This document shows, one piece after another, positions 1 to 13,600 of a stretch of DNA of 64,000 nucleotides (positions within the stretch are counted from its first letter, which is position 1; each line of letters opens with the position of its first letter). The stretch is from NCBI GenBank assembly GCA_030704615.1, contig CM060733.1:29326001-29390000 (forward strand), given 5' to 3'. A program made the translations under genes and the position numbers. Under the pieces are notes generated by a model, which worked only from the letters and a program-made list of their open reading frames with translations, was not told where the DNA came from and searched no databases. Source of the DNA: Takakia lepidozioides. Its lineage: Eukaryota > Plantae > Bryophyta.

Positions 1-819
1 TACTTGGTCTTTTTAAAACCAAATTAGCTATGTCAACAGCCTATCATCCGGAGTCAGATGGACAGATAGAGCGAGCAAATCGTACAATTGAAGACATGTT
101 GCGGGCCTTTATGTTAGAAGAACAAGAAGAGTGAGATTGGTTATTACCATTGGTAGAATTTTCATACAATAACTCGGTCAACGCGTCAACGAAAGAAACT
201 CCTTTATTTTTGATGTATGGTGAACATCCAAATGTGTCAATAACTCTTACGAAATTCAATTTACCAAAAGAGGAGTTATCCAAGGTAGCCGTGACTAACG
301 CATTTGTGCAACAAATTCGACGGGGAGTACGTCTAGCTAAAGAGAAGCTAATGGTGGCCCAAAATCGCGAAAAGCAGTATGCAAATGTACGTCGACGAGA
401 TAAGAAGTTTGCAGTTGGGGATCAAGAGTGGTTGTCTACAACCAATTTACACATAATTGGATCGCGAAAACTAGAGACACAGTTCATTGGTCATTTTTCG
501 ATCATTAAACGCATTGGAGCAGTCGGTGTTTCACGTTTCTCTACTACGTCGTTACGAACCTCGACCATCAATATTCAAAGATAATCAAGAATCACAACCT
601 TTACCAGAGTTGATAGACGGAAATGAAGAGTGGGAGGTCGACCGTGTTCTGAAAAAACGCACATACAAACGAGGACGACATGAGGTGTTGGAGTATTTGG
701 TTTTATGGAAAGGATTTCCATTATATGAAGTTACCTGGGAACCGGTGCAAAATCTCGCAAATGCTCAATTGGCAATTCAAGCTTTTGAAAATTCGAACAA
801 CGAGGACGTTGCTTCTTGA
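1..819 (+). mobile_element. Ty3/Gypsy chromovirus 3' internal region: integrase C-terminus plus chromodomain (degenerate)
   Basis: Integrase motifs ([30 protein letters not shown]) and VFHVSLLRRY, then chromodomain EEWEVDRVL...EYLVLWKGFPLYEVTWEP. Contains internal stops and a frameshift. Confidence 0.92.
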
Positions 820-832
820 AAGAGGGGAGGAT

Positions 833-1269
833 TGTAACAAAGTAAAATCTAGAAGGTTCTAGATGGAGGAGGAAAGTTCCCTAGAAGTTTCCAGAATAAC
901 TAGAAAGGATCCTAAGAAGTTTGACTTAAGGAAGTTTGACTTGAGGCTCTCAAGTCAAACATCTAAGATATTCATATTACGGAGAGTAGGTCAAATCTTT
1001 GATAAAGTCATATTGAAGAGAATATGTCAAACCTATAAAGGTTGACTTTAGCAAGTATCTTTTATAAAGTCGTATTGTGGAGAATATGTCAAACCTATGA
1101 AGGTTGACTTTAAGAAGCTTTGACTTGAGGCTCTCAAGTCAAACCTTTAAAATAATCATATTGTGAAGGGTATATAAACCTGCAATGAATGCCTAGAAGG
1201 CATCGAGTTGTTTTGGGAAAAAGTTGAGAAGTACTTCTATTCTAGTTTGTGTAGATCCTGGGTGTTACA
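833..1269 (+). mobile_element. 3' LTR of the chromovirus, preceded by a polypurine tract
   Basis: PPT GAAAGAGGGGAGGA at 818-831. The LTR starts TGTAACA (833) and ends TGTTACA (1269). TATA-like TATATAAA near 1171 and internal direct duplications. Confidence 0.85.
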
Positions 1270-1629
1270 ACTTGTTACACACCAACATGGTTGCGGCACT
1301 ATTAGCATGCCCACACAACATGTAACGTAAGCTTGTACGTATCACTGCAAGATTGGGATCTATCATCACATCCACGTGTGGAAGGTGACATGGCACACAA
1401 TTGCACACATGGTCCTTTCATACCATGCCACCTCGACCCTCCATAATCATGACTCTTGAAGGCAATATCTTTCATACCCGTACAATTACACGTTTTGCTA
1501 TGACATCTGAGGTCATAGGTGGTGTTTGTTGCAGATACACAGTCTCATGGGTTGAATCTCCGAACCCCCGGTCGATACCCCCTTCCACGTATAATGACAC
1601 ACCTCAATTTGTCTCGGTGTTGGGCTATA

Positions 1630-1860
1630 GCAAAGTTCTTAAAAGCTATATGCATGATCTCTTGAACAAATCTGCTCGTTGGCCGCACATTTGTGTCCAC
1701 ACATCTGGATCATCATGGTTGAGGATTACTGCAGCCTCTATGTGATTAGATGTAGGTAAATTTGGTTCTCGACCGAAGAGAAGAAAGTAAGGTGAGAAGG
1801 AGGCAAGGGACGCTTGTTTGCTGAACCTATAGCCCATTGCCAACCTCTAACACCGTCATT
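1630..1860 (-). mobile_element. Ty3/Gypsy integrase remnant
   Basis: AMGYRFSKQASLASFSPYFLLFGREP resembles the end of a Gypsy integrase core. Interrupted by stops. Confidence 0.6.
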
Positions 1861-4329
1861 GCTCTAGTGTCCTCCGATCTTTGCCCCTTCCACCTCTTCA
1901 TGTCCTTCAAATATCCGTACTGGCTCCTCCCCCTCGGACGCAGATATGTCGGGGATATCAACAAGCATGTATTGTTTCATTGCGTTCCTTCTGCTGGCAG
2001 TTTGCCAATCCACTGGACGCAACAATAATATTTGCTGGCAAAGCCTTTTGGTATCCTTAAATTGATGAAAGAGGAAACAACTCAGGATACTGGTATGTGA
2101 GCAAGGCAATGTGACGCAGGGAAATGCGCTGAGCTATCTCATCTTTCTCCCCATATAAGTACTTACGTATTTTGATCCCCGCTTGAAACACTCCTGCTAA
2201 ATGGAGGCTTCACAGGCTTCACAGCTTCCATCGCCTTCGATGAATCTTGGATATAAACAATAGAAAACGTGATCTTCTGAAAGACCATCCGAACTTTGAA
2301 GCTTGCATTTTTTGTCATATATATCATTGTTGTTGAAATAATGATAGTCCAAACAAAAAAATACTTGTTTATGCAAGAATTTGGAACATAGGTGACTATC
2401 CCGACTTGATGTGCTCTCTCTATCTTTCTTGGTTGTCATCATTGCAGAATTGACTTCTCGTTCCTTGTCATCTCTTTCAAGAAACCCAGGTGGGGGACTC
2501 CAAGGGCCCGAGTATTGTGGAGGGCGTCCACTTTTCACATTACTCCTGAAGATAAACCAAATGACCATTAGCTCCGGAAGTGCTTACAAGCAATGCCTCG
2601 TGGAGAGAGGCTTGTGCCACTCTCCACTAGTTCCCACTGTTCTGCTCATTCCAAATTTGAGGAAGGGTCCATATTTACCAAATTGGGAATGGACAACAAG
2701 GGTGAGTATTGTTCAAGGCTTGCTCCAGATGTGGGACTAAAATGATGTTGGTGCTCTTGGACGCCAACCATCCCCTATCTGTTTATGGTGAGTAAACTGG
2801 TTCTCTTCTTTCACAAACCATCGACAAACGACTGTAGCTTTCAAGATGAGCTCAAATACGTAAGTTTGATACAACAATCCACATCAGAGTTAAGCCTAGG
2901 AAGTCTCGCGGCTTTATGCATTCTCATAACCCAACCATCTAATTGTGGAAGGTACAGTGCTAGTCTTTTTATGTTGCCAAAGAGATCCCAGGTTTGTACT
3001 CATTGGATTGACTTATGGATTACAGTGGTCACAAGTAGATAGACCACTCTCAGTTTAAACTTCAGAGGGGTGCAACAACTTCGGTAGTCCTAGAGTCCCA
3101 CAAATAGTATGCTCGGTCAATTGCGAAATGCATGTGATGTAATTCTAGAGACGTTTGAATTATTGATTACTAGTGAAGTGATTCACTTCTATGTGCAATC
3201 TTGTGGGCTCATGTGTAAGAGAGCCAAAAGTGATGGCTACAATATGCAATATTTTTTGATATCAATGTGGTGATGTTGACACACCCCTATATTCAAGCGA
3301 ATATCATTGTAGCTTGGGCACATGGGTTAGGTACTGCATCTGATGAGCAGATTAGGAAATTGCAAGGTGCCTTGAATGAAGACTACCTTCTTTCTTTGAA
3401 GCGCCCAACGCGGGTGCATTGGCTGGGTTCCCCTGAACCAGGTAACTTCCGCTACTTGTGGCGGAGACAAGCAGCAGAAAATCTTGGGTTGGGTTCATCG
3501 TAGAGAGGAAGAAGATCTGCTGGGTTTCTCGGCAAAGGTGAATGATCTGCTCCTTTCTTCTTCCAAAGTGAAGTTGTCAAAGCTCCACAATCCATCGCCC
3601 AACTGGTTGTTGACAAACTCCTCAACCAAAACGCATGCAGCTGTATAACTTGACCTTAAAGGTTCAAGCATTGACCACATTGATCCCCAACCGGCCAGTC
3701 TATTCATGATATGTCTATGGTTATATTGGGTGGGTAGTCTGTTGATTTGGGTCTATTCATGCTATGTGTGTTGCATGGTTCTTTTCTACTAGGTCTTGCT
3801 CTGGGTTTATTGCAGGGGTCTGTTTTAGTTGTCTATTAACGCTTTGTTCCACTAGGTGGTCTATTGATGTTTTCTATTGAAATTTCAGGGATACTATTTG
3901 GAGAGTCATTGCGTCAACAAGCTATGGATGCTTGGAATTTTAGATCAGCAAAGGCAATTTGCATGTGTTTTGTATGATCCATTTCAAAAGTCTGTTAAGC
4001 AATCCAGGTCTTTAACATGCTTTGACAGTTTAGAGATATGTCCTTAATCAACAAAAAACAAAATCTCTCCATTATACAATGAAGTGCTATCGTTCCTCAA
4101 GTGAATTACTACATTGACTTACATGGGATTATGATGAGATTGCATAGATTTGCACATGGTTGACGTATACAAACCCTAAAGCAATTGATACATAAGATAT
4201 ACACACATCTTTGAGGGCCCACATGCACACTCCATAAACAAATCCCTCTCATTCTTTTTGTTACAATTTGATCAATCGTTTTTTTGTCTAATTTTGAGCA
4301 TTATATACTGATCATCATCTACGTTGCCA

Positions 4330-4496
4330 TTGCCTGGGATGTGACCAATATGAATGTAGAAGGCGACTTGCTGAGGGGCTGTCGTTGGATTGTGGAAGCA
4401 AAACTTGTAGAGTCCTTTCCGGTGTGCCACAAATGCAAACTTTTCGTCGGCCTTGGTAGTTGCACTGTGCACCTTATTTTCTTGAGGTCCTGTCAC
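4330..4496 (-). pseudogene. p24/emp24/gp25L (GOLD domain) gene fragment
   Basis: Acceptor TTGCAG followed by VTGPQENKVHSATTKADEKFAFVAHRKGLYKFCFHNPTTAPQQVAFYIHIGH, a typical GOLD-domain segment. No complete set of flanking exons was recognised. Confidence 0.65.
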
Positions 4497-7028
4497 CTGC
4501 AAACCATCCGACAAGTAATTAAGCTCCATTCAAATTGTTCCATTCACTATCATTCTCTAATCATTCTGAAGGAGGTCCCTCGAATGCTCTTCGTCCCAAT
4601 TTCTAGGTTGGTGAAGATTGTGAGGTGGGCTGATGGTCCTACGTACACAAGATCTTATGTGATCGAAGGTAGCAGTTTGTGTTTTTTTCACCTTGGAATT
4701 TTACAACTTATGAAGCTAAAAGGTTATAGAAGGTGTCATAGTTAATGTACCTGAAATCTTGCAGTACTTAGGTAGACAACCCTCCTATACATGTGCAAAT
4801 TTTATTAATGGATAATGTGTGGCTTGTGTAGTGGAGGGCAACATCCATGGCACATCCAACATACGATGTTCGCACAAAACACTTGTTTGTTATGTTGAAC
4901 GATGTACACTTTGAGAATATGTGAAAATGATTCAATGAAAGTTGGTGGATGCGATTCGGAACCTTTTCGACATACCAAAACATCTTCAAAGAGACGATTT
5001 GACTTCAAGCATGGAAATGCAACTGCCAATGACAACCTCCTGCAAGAGGTTGTGTCCTAGTTTCTAGAACGGGTGGTCCTTGACATTGTAATGACTTAAC
5101 AAGATATTTTGAAAGAATTGGTGTGTGGAAGGTCCGTCAATGACTGTACTCATGCTATATCGGCTTTTGAGTCTAGATATCATTCTTCAATGACAGTCTA
5201 TAAACTTAGGTATTATACAGTACCTTGTAGATGGAGGTGAGTGCACCAACTCTTATGCTTTTTATTGTCTGCTTATAAGGAGACTTTGTGGGTTGGTTGG
5301 TTCCGTGACTAAGTTGACCATCCAAGGTGTCTATCTGTAATTTCCTCTAAATTTCATGTTTGTAGTTTATGACCGACATAAGCCTCATATTATGCTGGCA
5401 TGCTTCTACAACTCAATGGAATCAAATAATTAACCAGACCTTGTGGTGATTAGTTCCAAAAATTGCATCGCATGCAACTATTTGCGTATGGCCTAGCTCC
5501 AACATTTTTCATCCTACCATAGACATTTGATCCCGATATTGAATTTTAAAATACCATCAAAATGCTGGAAGTTCAAAGGCAATGTTTCCTCCTGGTATAA
5601 GAAAATAGAATTTGGATTTTGGTCCTTCCACGTAAGTTATAGACGCTTTTCGTGTCATACTCATGTTTCTTAAAGATCTCCCATGCTAATTTTGCAGCCA
5701 GATTTCTAACATCTGCCTCTATCATAAAATCATCGCGAGTCCATGATTGCTTTGCACCTATGTTTTTTTATGACATATAATCCTTTTGCTCCACCATGAT
5801 TTGCACCATAGAGAAACCTAGGTTTGCATGATCCATTGTTTCTGACCTGTGGACTCGCAAAGCCATACCAAGTGTTTCAGAACTTTGATATATTGGTCCC
5901 ATGACAAGGTCTTTTAAGTACATCAACATGCAACTTCTACATCTTGTTGTAATATGTGATATTACCAATCTCAAGTGCAAGGTACAATTGTTGGACCTTG
6001 AAACACATAGACAACCAGGCCTACATGATTCCCCATATTCAGACTTCTTCATTTTAGGGCCTCTATCATGATGATGACTAAACTTTACTTTGGGACCCTT
6101 TATAGGCATCAATTTCGAGGTGCACTTCTTATCCGGCCATAACAATAGTGAAACCTAAACATGTTGTTTGAAGTCAAGATGTGAGGGCATGATAGGCACA
6201 CAACTTGATATCCCAATTTGGCCCGACTTACACCACATAAAACACTCAAAACTTCCACCAACAATGAAAAGAACAACACCAACGCTGACTGAAAGAGGTG
6301 GGAGATAGCTACTAATATGATTTTGATCTAGAATGTATTGGATCTCGGACTTTTGCATGTTCTAGAAGCAACATCTTATTGAAACTGAATGTAAAATTGA
6401 GTTGGAGCATCCTCTTTATACTCCTCTTCAGGAACAAAGTGATCTGTCACGCTCTCTAAGGTATGATTCCTTCTCAACATTGACATAGACTCCTTTCCTT
6501 CCATACTGTTTATCAGCTGCCCATTGTAGGTTTTGGGAATCAACGGGTCATTCTTTGGGTTAGCAGACCCAGAAGACCTATGTCAGCAGACCCCGGGTGG
6601 GGGCCCACCGTGGAGGTCCGAGACCTGGGGAAGCACCGCGGAGGAGGACCGCGGCAGAGCGATGGTTGGGGGACGGGACCGCGGAGGGCGGCGCGGTCGG
6701 GCCGCGTTCGAATAAAACAAAAAAACAAAAACAAATTTAATTTAAGAATGAATGACTTTCCAGGAACCTCAGAGTCAGAAGTTCTTCTCACTACCTAAGT
6801 CCACGATTTTTCAAAACCCTAGAAAGGTCTCCTCCCTCATGCGAGGTAGATTGATTCCTCCACAATCTGCAAAGCTTCTCTTCCCCATATCTGTCTTCCG
6901 TAATCTGCTATGGTTGTTCTCGAATGAAGAAGTTACTCCGTTTCTAAGGGTTGGGCTCGAGGTAATGTACTCTCAAGCTGTAGGTGTCTCTCCTCAATTG
7001 TCGTCATCGGCAGAGAGGGGCGTCCCCT

Positions 7029-7961
7029 ATGAGCACGCATTCTGGACTCGGAAGCGGCAAGCAAAAGCAGGATATCTCATCGGCGGAGGTATGTTCCATA
7101 TGCTTGGATCCGATAGCAGGGGAGGCCTTTTTGGACAAATGCTTTCACAGGTTTTGTTACCACTGCATCCTGCAGTGGTCAGAAATGGTGTTGGCGGCTT
7201 CCCTCGCCCGCTCTGGTAACCCTAAGCGCCTTTCACCCTTAGTATGCCCGCTTTGCAAGACAGAGTACACCTCAATTATCCATGATTTTGTTGCTGGCAC
7301 CAGGTATCAGCGAGACTTTCTCGTCTCTTCTGATGGCAGTCGATTTCAGTTGTCCGAAACTCATAAGAGACGACAGACAGTGTACTTAGGGTCGGAAGCA
7401 ACATCTATAGCTCATGTATCTGGGAGAAGCACAGATCTAAGAACGTCAGCTGGACTAGAGAAGGCAGAAGGGGGATCAGTGAAAAGGAGTCGAAGAGGAG
7501 GTGCGGTACAAGCCAATCGGTGGCTACCATGCTGGGTACGGCGGGAGCTTCAAGCTCTAATGCAGGAAGAAGATGTGGAGATGGTGACGCACCATATTGT
7601 AGGGGTGGTTGAATCTTTGCAAAAAAGAGGGAAAGGAAATCAATCCAGAAACAGCGGGAGCACAGAGGGAGACTGGCATGCTGCAGTTTCAGCGGCTGTC
7701 CAGCCCTTTGTGTTTGAGCACTCTGAGAAATTTGCAGAAGAACTCTGGAGTTTTCTGGATTCCGGTATTGATATAGCCTTCTATGGTCCAAGTAGCGTCA
7801 GTCCTCCGTTCTCCGAATCCTTCACCAAGGTTGAGAGTGATGCTGCCACTGGGATTCCAAGCACTTTTATAGATCTTCCCACCCTGGCTTTTACAGAACA
7901 CTTGAAAACCCAACATAGAGTAAGATTGGATATGTACGATGAAGATGTGGAGGGAACATGA
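7029..7961 (+). CDS. RING-HC E3 ubiquitin ligase, TOPORS-like (single coding exon)
   Basis: C3HC4 RING CSICLD...CFHRFCYHCILQW...CPLCK, plus the C-terminal WVRRELQALM...EHSEKFAEELWSFL segment typical of TOPORS-like proteins. First in-frame ATG at 7029. Confidence 0.88.
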   Translation: MSTHSGLGSGKQKQDISSAEVCSICLDPIAGEAFLDKCFHRFCYHCILQWSEMVLAASLARSGNPKRLSPLVCPLCKTEYTSIIHDFVAGTRYQRDFLVSSDGSRFQLSETHKRRQTVYLGSEATSIAHVSGRSTDLRTSAGLEKAEGGSVKRSRRGGAVQANRWLPCWVRRELQALMQEEDVEMVTHHIVGVVESLQKRGKGNQSRNSGSTEGDWHAAVSAAVQPFVFEHSEKFAEELWSFLDSGIDIAFYGPSSVSPPFSESFTKVESDAATGIPSTFIDLPTLAFTEHLKTQHRVRLDMYDEDVEGT

Positions 7962-10239
7962 CAAAAAAGCCTGCCAGTATGGGGTTACATTTTGAGGGAG
8001 CAACCCTTTCTTTTCCTACTATGTAATCTTCCAGTTCAAATTGCCTTAGTAACCTCAATTGAGAAATTACTTTCTGGAGTCCCTCATAAGCTGTGTGTTC
8101 TGGCCATGGCATTAAACTAGGCTCAGTTGCAAGCTCTAGGAGAACTGCAGGGTTCCAGGGGGCAAGCAACTTCTCCTGTGACAACGAAGTAAAGGTCCAA
8201 AAGCAGCTATTGCAGGACTTATGTCCATATTCAACGAGTTGGGTTTCAAGACCTCATGATAAGACCCCTTTCTGCAACTTTGCATGAGAAACTAGTGATG
8301 TCCGCAAAAAACTATGGTTAGCTGTGGTTCAGTGACCTCTTTGTACTGGAAATGGTTGAAATTGGTAGGGTGCAAACTGAAACCTTGTACCACCAAGCTG
8401 ACTACACCCTGTTTAATACAGAGAGAGAGAGAAGACTCCGGCCATAGCTGGCATATTATGATCCACCTCTGTTTGGCACCTATTGCAACTGTGCTTGTTC
8501 CTCTCAAATGGGGTATTGTGATGGTTCATAATCTCCTGCTACGGTGTTGGTATGACAGATGAACTTATTTGCCGCATTTGAGTTATAGAGCTGGAGAGCT
8601 GTTGCTATGGTCAGTCAGATACTCTCTTGGTATTTGATCTGATAACCCTGTCAGTCCAAAGGATCTATGGCTTAGGTACGGTGGGGACAGAGTGGCCTCT
8701 TCACCTCATAATCTGTCCTTAGGGATTATCCATGCTGGCTTTCCACAAGGTCTCTGAAGGAGACAAGCTCGTGGCCACTTTTTGGTATTTGAAAGGTGTT
8801 CTGTGTACTGTTCGGAGGACACCGTATGTGCTCTGCCAGTTTAAGAGACAGAGGGATGGAATAGTGTCTTGAGTGAGAAGCTAGTGATGAACGAAAGAAT
8901 TTGTGAGTTCTCTGAGGGTTGATCCATTCTCCTCGTGAAAACTTCCCCCCCGAAATGGCATGCCCCTCTGAGGACAGGAGAATCCCGCCCTTAATGCAAG
9001 AGTTGAGCATCACAGTATCAGCTGAGAGCAAGTTCGTGGGATGACTGCTCTGGTCCTGCTGTCTTGAACTGGGATCTGTGGTAGCTGTGCCCTGGAACGT
9101 GGGACCTAACCTAACCCAATCCTGATTTCAGATGTGATATGACAAGTTGCCACTGACGTGAAAACTGAACTTTATGGTGCCAAAATCTGGTTCTGGACTT
9201 GGTAGGCATGCATGCTGCACAGAGTAGCATGAAGCTTGTAGTGGTGCACACTCAGGGTGAGTTCTTATGAAACAAACTCAGATGACACGCATACTCAGCA
9301 TGTTTCCAGGAGGGAGGCAGGGGTTCTTCTAGGGGGCTCTTCATGTCCTGGTAACCACTGTGACAAGTTTACACAATGTTTCGACGAACACAACATTGTG
9401 TGAGAATTTTGATGACATGGAAGCATCTATACTACAACATACTACTGAGCAAGGTGAACATCTCATAGTTATCATTGTACCATACCAGGTTGGGTCTTGA
9501 TAGAGCATTTGTCAATGACAAACCCCAGAGAAGCACATGGAGAAGATTTCCTTCAGAGCAATAAAACCAACCAGAAATAACTTTTCGAGTTTGGCTTCTA
9601 CATGCTCAGTCGCTTGAACAGTTTCACGGGGAAAAAAGATTTGAGACTCATAAGCTAGAGGTGCTTATTATTACCTAGTTTAAAAAGCTTCAAGTCAGGT
9701 GGAAGAAATGCAGGTGCTATGTAATGTACATGCAATGCAGACCAAAATTTCACTTCAAGCTCACCTCTCAGTTTAGGGCTGCTTTTCTGTGTACATCAGT
9801 GTCAATCACCCTCGTGTCAAAAAGCTCGACTACCTGCTAATCCATTCCAAGGTTACCTTTGGTATGGTTCCTATGTAAGTTTCATGTGAGCTATACATAG
9901 ATATTCTACCTTAGGGCCTCAGACTATTCTGAGCCCTTGGTTAATTAAGTAGTTGAAACCGTGGCTCTTTGAATGGTTGCAGTATAAATCGTAGGTTGAG
10001 GCTTGAGAAGCGCAACCTGTGGCCTTGTTATGCTGGCTAAATCCTGCCCATGAAGGATTGCGTCAATACACCTGTACCTCATAAAAACTGGTTCAATAAG
10101 CAACCTGAGGACCGAGCCTCATAGTTGCATATTTGTATGCCAAAGAATAATCAGCCCTCTGAAAAGTGTTGACTGCCAAACCATGATCACAAATTCACCG
10201 TGAGAGATAAAGATTCTTTAACATCCAGTGAATTTACAG

Positions 10240-10378
10240 AGCCTACTGCTCAACACACAGGCCATCGAGGGCCCAATGGACGGTCTGAAGGCACATGTTG
10301 AAGGATTGAACCCAGGATCACCTAGGTTATGCACAGGCAAGGCACAAACACCCAACCACTGGGCTACCTGCTCAAGAG
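10240..10378 (-). mobile_element. tRNA-derived SINE
   Basis: On the minus strand, A-box-like TAGCCCAGTGGTTGG (10352-10366) and B-box GGGTTCAATCC (10303-10313). A related copy lies at 32551-32606. Confidence 0.6.
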
Positions 10379-10622
10379 AGAGAGGAAGGGAAGGCTTCAG
10401 ATTTATTATTGCTAAAGCTAAAGCCTCATTTATGTTTGCAGTGACTACAATAAACGGATAAATAGTTGTCGCATGATCACTTAGTCCAGCAGCTTTATGC
10501 AAGCAGTGTGTTTTATTAAAGTGGCTCTAAATTTGACCTTTGTCAGAGATCATGTCAAAGGGAACCATCCTCTCATGCTCCTACAAATCATAAATTTCCC
10601 CAATCAATGTCCACCTGTTGGT

Positions 10623-13600
10623 TCATTTGAAGAAGGTCTCCAAGGCTTGGGCCGCTTCTATGCCTTGTCTTAGTGTGGCAATCACACCAGCTGGATCTGT
10701 CGATCCAAAAACAGAGCTCCCCGCCACTACGCAGTTGGCCCCAGCAGAGGCGGCTTGCTCTATAGTGGAAGGACCCAATCCCCCATCAACCTGGATAAAA
10801 CAAAAGCTGACATCTGTTGTAGTGATTGATATTCGTTCTTGAATCAATGGTTCTGTAAGGTGGAAGCTTGATTCCATACCATACACCTAGTGTTTTAGAT
10901 TTTGGCCGCACGTTCCTTGTTATTAGTGTTGATCCGGGGGGTTGACCACCTCAATGTGGATTAGACTCGTTCTTCACCCCTATGAAGTGGACCTAAAGTG
11001 CTAAAGGCAACAACACACCATGTCTAATGCATATTGAAGTAAGCAGTGCCGACAAATAGATGCACATGAGGTGAGGATACCTCAATATCTAGGTGGGGGA
11101 ATTTCCGCCGCAAGTTGTTCACCTGCTACCACATCCATTGCAAAATCAATTGTTGCTATATGCCAAGCTACACGGCCAATGTGATATGTACTGGGTAGTG
11201 CAACTTAAGGACCTTCCATTATACAATAAATTTAGATTAGATTCATAAAATGTTTTTAGATTTCTCATAAATTTTCTGGTCTTCCACAAGGTTTGCAGGG
11301 AGTTGCCACCACCGAATTCGCCTTGGAACTTATCCAAGCTGCGGGCAATTATGGGCAAACATCCATAAAATCTTTCGCAAAGTACTGCAGCGCAGCCGCT
11401 ACAGGCTGTATCCGGGGGCTGTCAGTGGTGAGACGCGCGAGCATTGAGCCACCCGGATACAGCCCGTAGTGGCCATGCTGAAGTGCGCTACCGGGCGGAA
11501 TGAACTGACATGCGTCTACGTGGCACATTTTGATTGGCTATGAGGCGGCATGCTATGAAGATTACAAGGAGCATAGAATATGGTAAATAGCAGGCCTCCT
11601 CGCAGCCAGTCAGAAATGCGCCATGTCATCTATATCCTCTCAGTGCATTATAGAAATTGAACAGTCAATTCTGAATCAGATTCGATGCCACCAAGAAGGT
11701 GAGGGTATCAACAAACACACATCAGTTCAGATAAACAAGCACTCTACATGCCTTATGTCTACAACCCAATTGTGACCTTCTGGGGGTTTACTTCCCTTCG
11801 CCTTTGCAGCTGCAGTCTAAGACAGACTGGTGAGAGAGAAAACTGCACCTTGGACATCATATCAGGCATGAATTTCTGGCCACCAAAACCAGGCTCAACT
11901 GTCATGACAAGCACCATATCCACTGGCTCCGAGCTCTCCACCTGTATGCAGAGTTCATCTGCTGTTAGGGACGCAACTGTCTTTGCAATTATCGAATGGA
12001 AGATATGGATGTGTGGATGTGGAACTATGACTCAGAGAAAAGATACATTCCCCACTTCTCACATACCAAAGGATAGACATCTTCAACATGCGTCCCAGGC
12101 TTCAGAGAAACCCCTGCCCGCATGCCAGCAGCCTTAATTTTCTGAATAACCTCTTGCCAATTCTCTGCAACCTCTACCACGGCACATGTCATGTCACAAG
12201 ATAAAAACTGTTGATAAGATGAGATCTCTGAGCTATTCCGGTGCAGCCTTGTCGAAACTGACATTTTTTTGTATGATAAGAAGTTGAATTCATAAGATCT
12301 TCCAGACATCTGTCATCAATTCACTCAGCATTTCATTTAAGAGATGCTAGCCCAAAATCTTTTGCAGATATCCCATAGGCCATATAGTTTCAGAGGGAGA
12401 AGAGCATTCAAAACCGAAATCCAACTGAAACGAAAACTGACCTCGAGCAGCCTCAATATGGAAAGTGAAAGATGAAGCGCCTGACGTGGCAAATTCCTCC
12501 ACATAGTCCAGAGGGTTGGTCACCATTAGATGGCAGTCCAAAAACATCCTGCCTTCCCCACCCACCACCAGAATTTCAGTCAGCCAGAGCCATATCTTTA
12601 GCACAATACACTGTTATAAATACCCACTGACAAATAGACATCACAAGGAAGAGTTTGGGCAGATGTCCACTCACTTGGTATGCTTTCTTAGAGACTTGAT
12701 GACCGGTGCCCCAATGGTCAGATTTGGGACAAAGTGCCTGCAGCTCATGAAAGGAAAGAAAATGCTTTGCCAATTAGAACCTCTCCAGCATCTCTCTCTT
12801 TCCCTCCTCAGGAAGGATCCTTTAGTGATGTAGTGCACCATCTGATCTATTCTTACTCTTCCACATGCTCTAGTTAGAATGATAGCCACCTATACTACCG
12901 GTCTACAGTAGGCATGCCATTATAGGGCCTGTGGCATGTGCAGTCTGAGGAACACGTCTCCCTGCTGTGATGTACTGGGAGCATTTCCATAGAGACAACT
13001 CCTACCAAATTTGGAAAGGTCCTCAACATGGAACAAATGGTTCAGCACTGATTATTCCATACCAGATGCATGCCCGACAAACAAAGCTTACCCATCCTGC
13101 AAACAGAAATCACATACCAACAAACCTCATATCAGCAACATTCAGATTGTACTCATAAGATGACGTTTGCCATAGCCTTGTGGGCATAGACCCTGTGCCC
13201 ATTTTGAGGAACAAAAGGAACTACAACCTTCATGAGGGGCTCACTTCAGAAAAGGTTGATATGAGAAAGTTCTAGAACTGCAGGTGATCACCAAGCTGAC
13301 GTATAGGTGGAGCCTAGAGGATACGGATGCAAAAGAGGAGACAAGAAACATGAACTTGTCTCGACAATTGCTGAAATTGAACAAGGCCAAGAAAATTGTA
13401 TTCACCGCAAAGGAAATTGGTGAGCATCGGCTGGAAATCAATTCTGCCATAAACTTATGTAGTTATGGCTTCAAACTGATCTATTCTACAATTGACATCA
13501 GTCTAGATTTGATCACCCTCCTAAGCCAAGACTCACTACAGTCAATTACTCACCTTTCTGACCAAAAAAGCCCATCTCATCAACTGCCCATTTTCTTACC

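Noticed and set aside
2197-3707. Short ORFs (Cys/His-containing and others)
   Set aside because: No convincing domain signature or splice structure; probably TE debris.
4768-6360. Possible Mutator/SWIM-type transposon remnant
   Set aside because: Cys-rich fragments are suggestive, but no TIR, TSD or catalytic motif could be established.
10240-10378. Functional tRNA gene
   Set aside because: A and B boxes are present, but there is no complete cloverleaf or acceptor stem, and a decayed second copy fits a SINE better.
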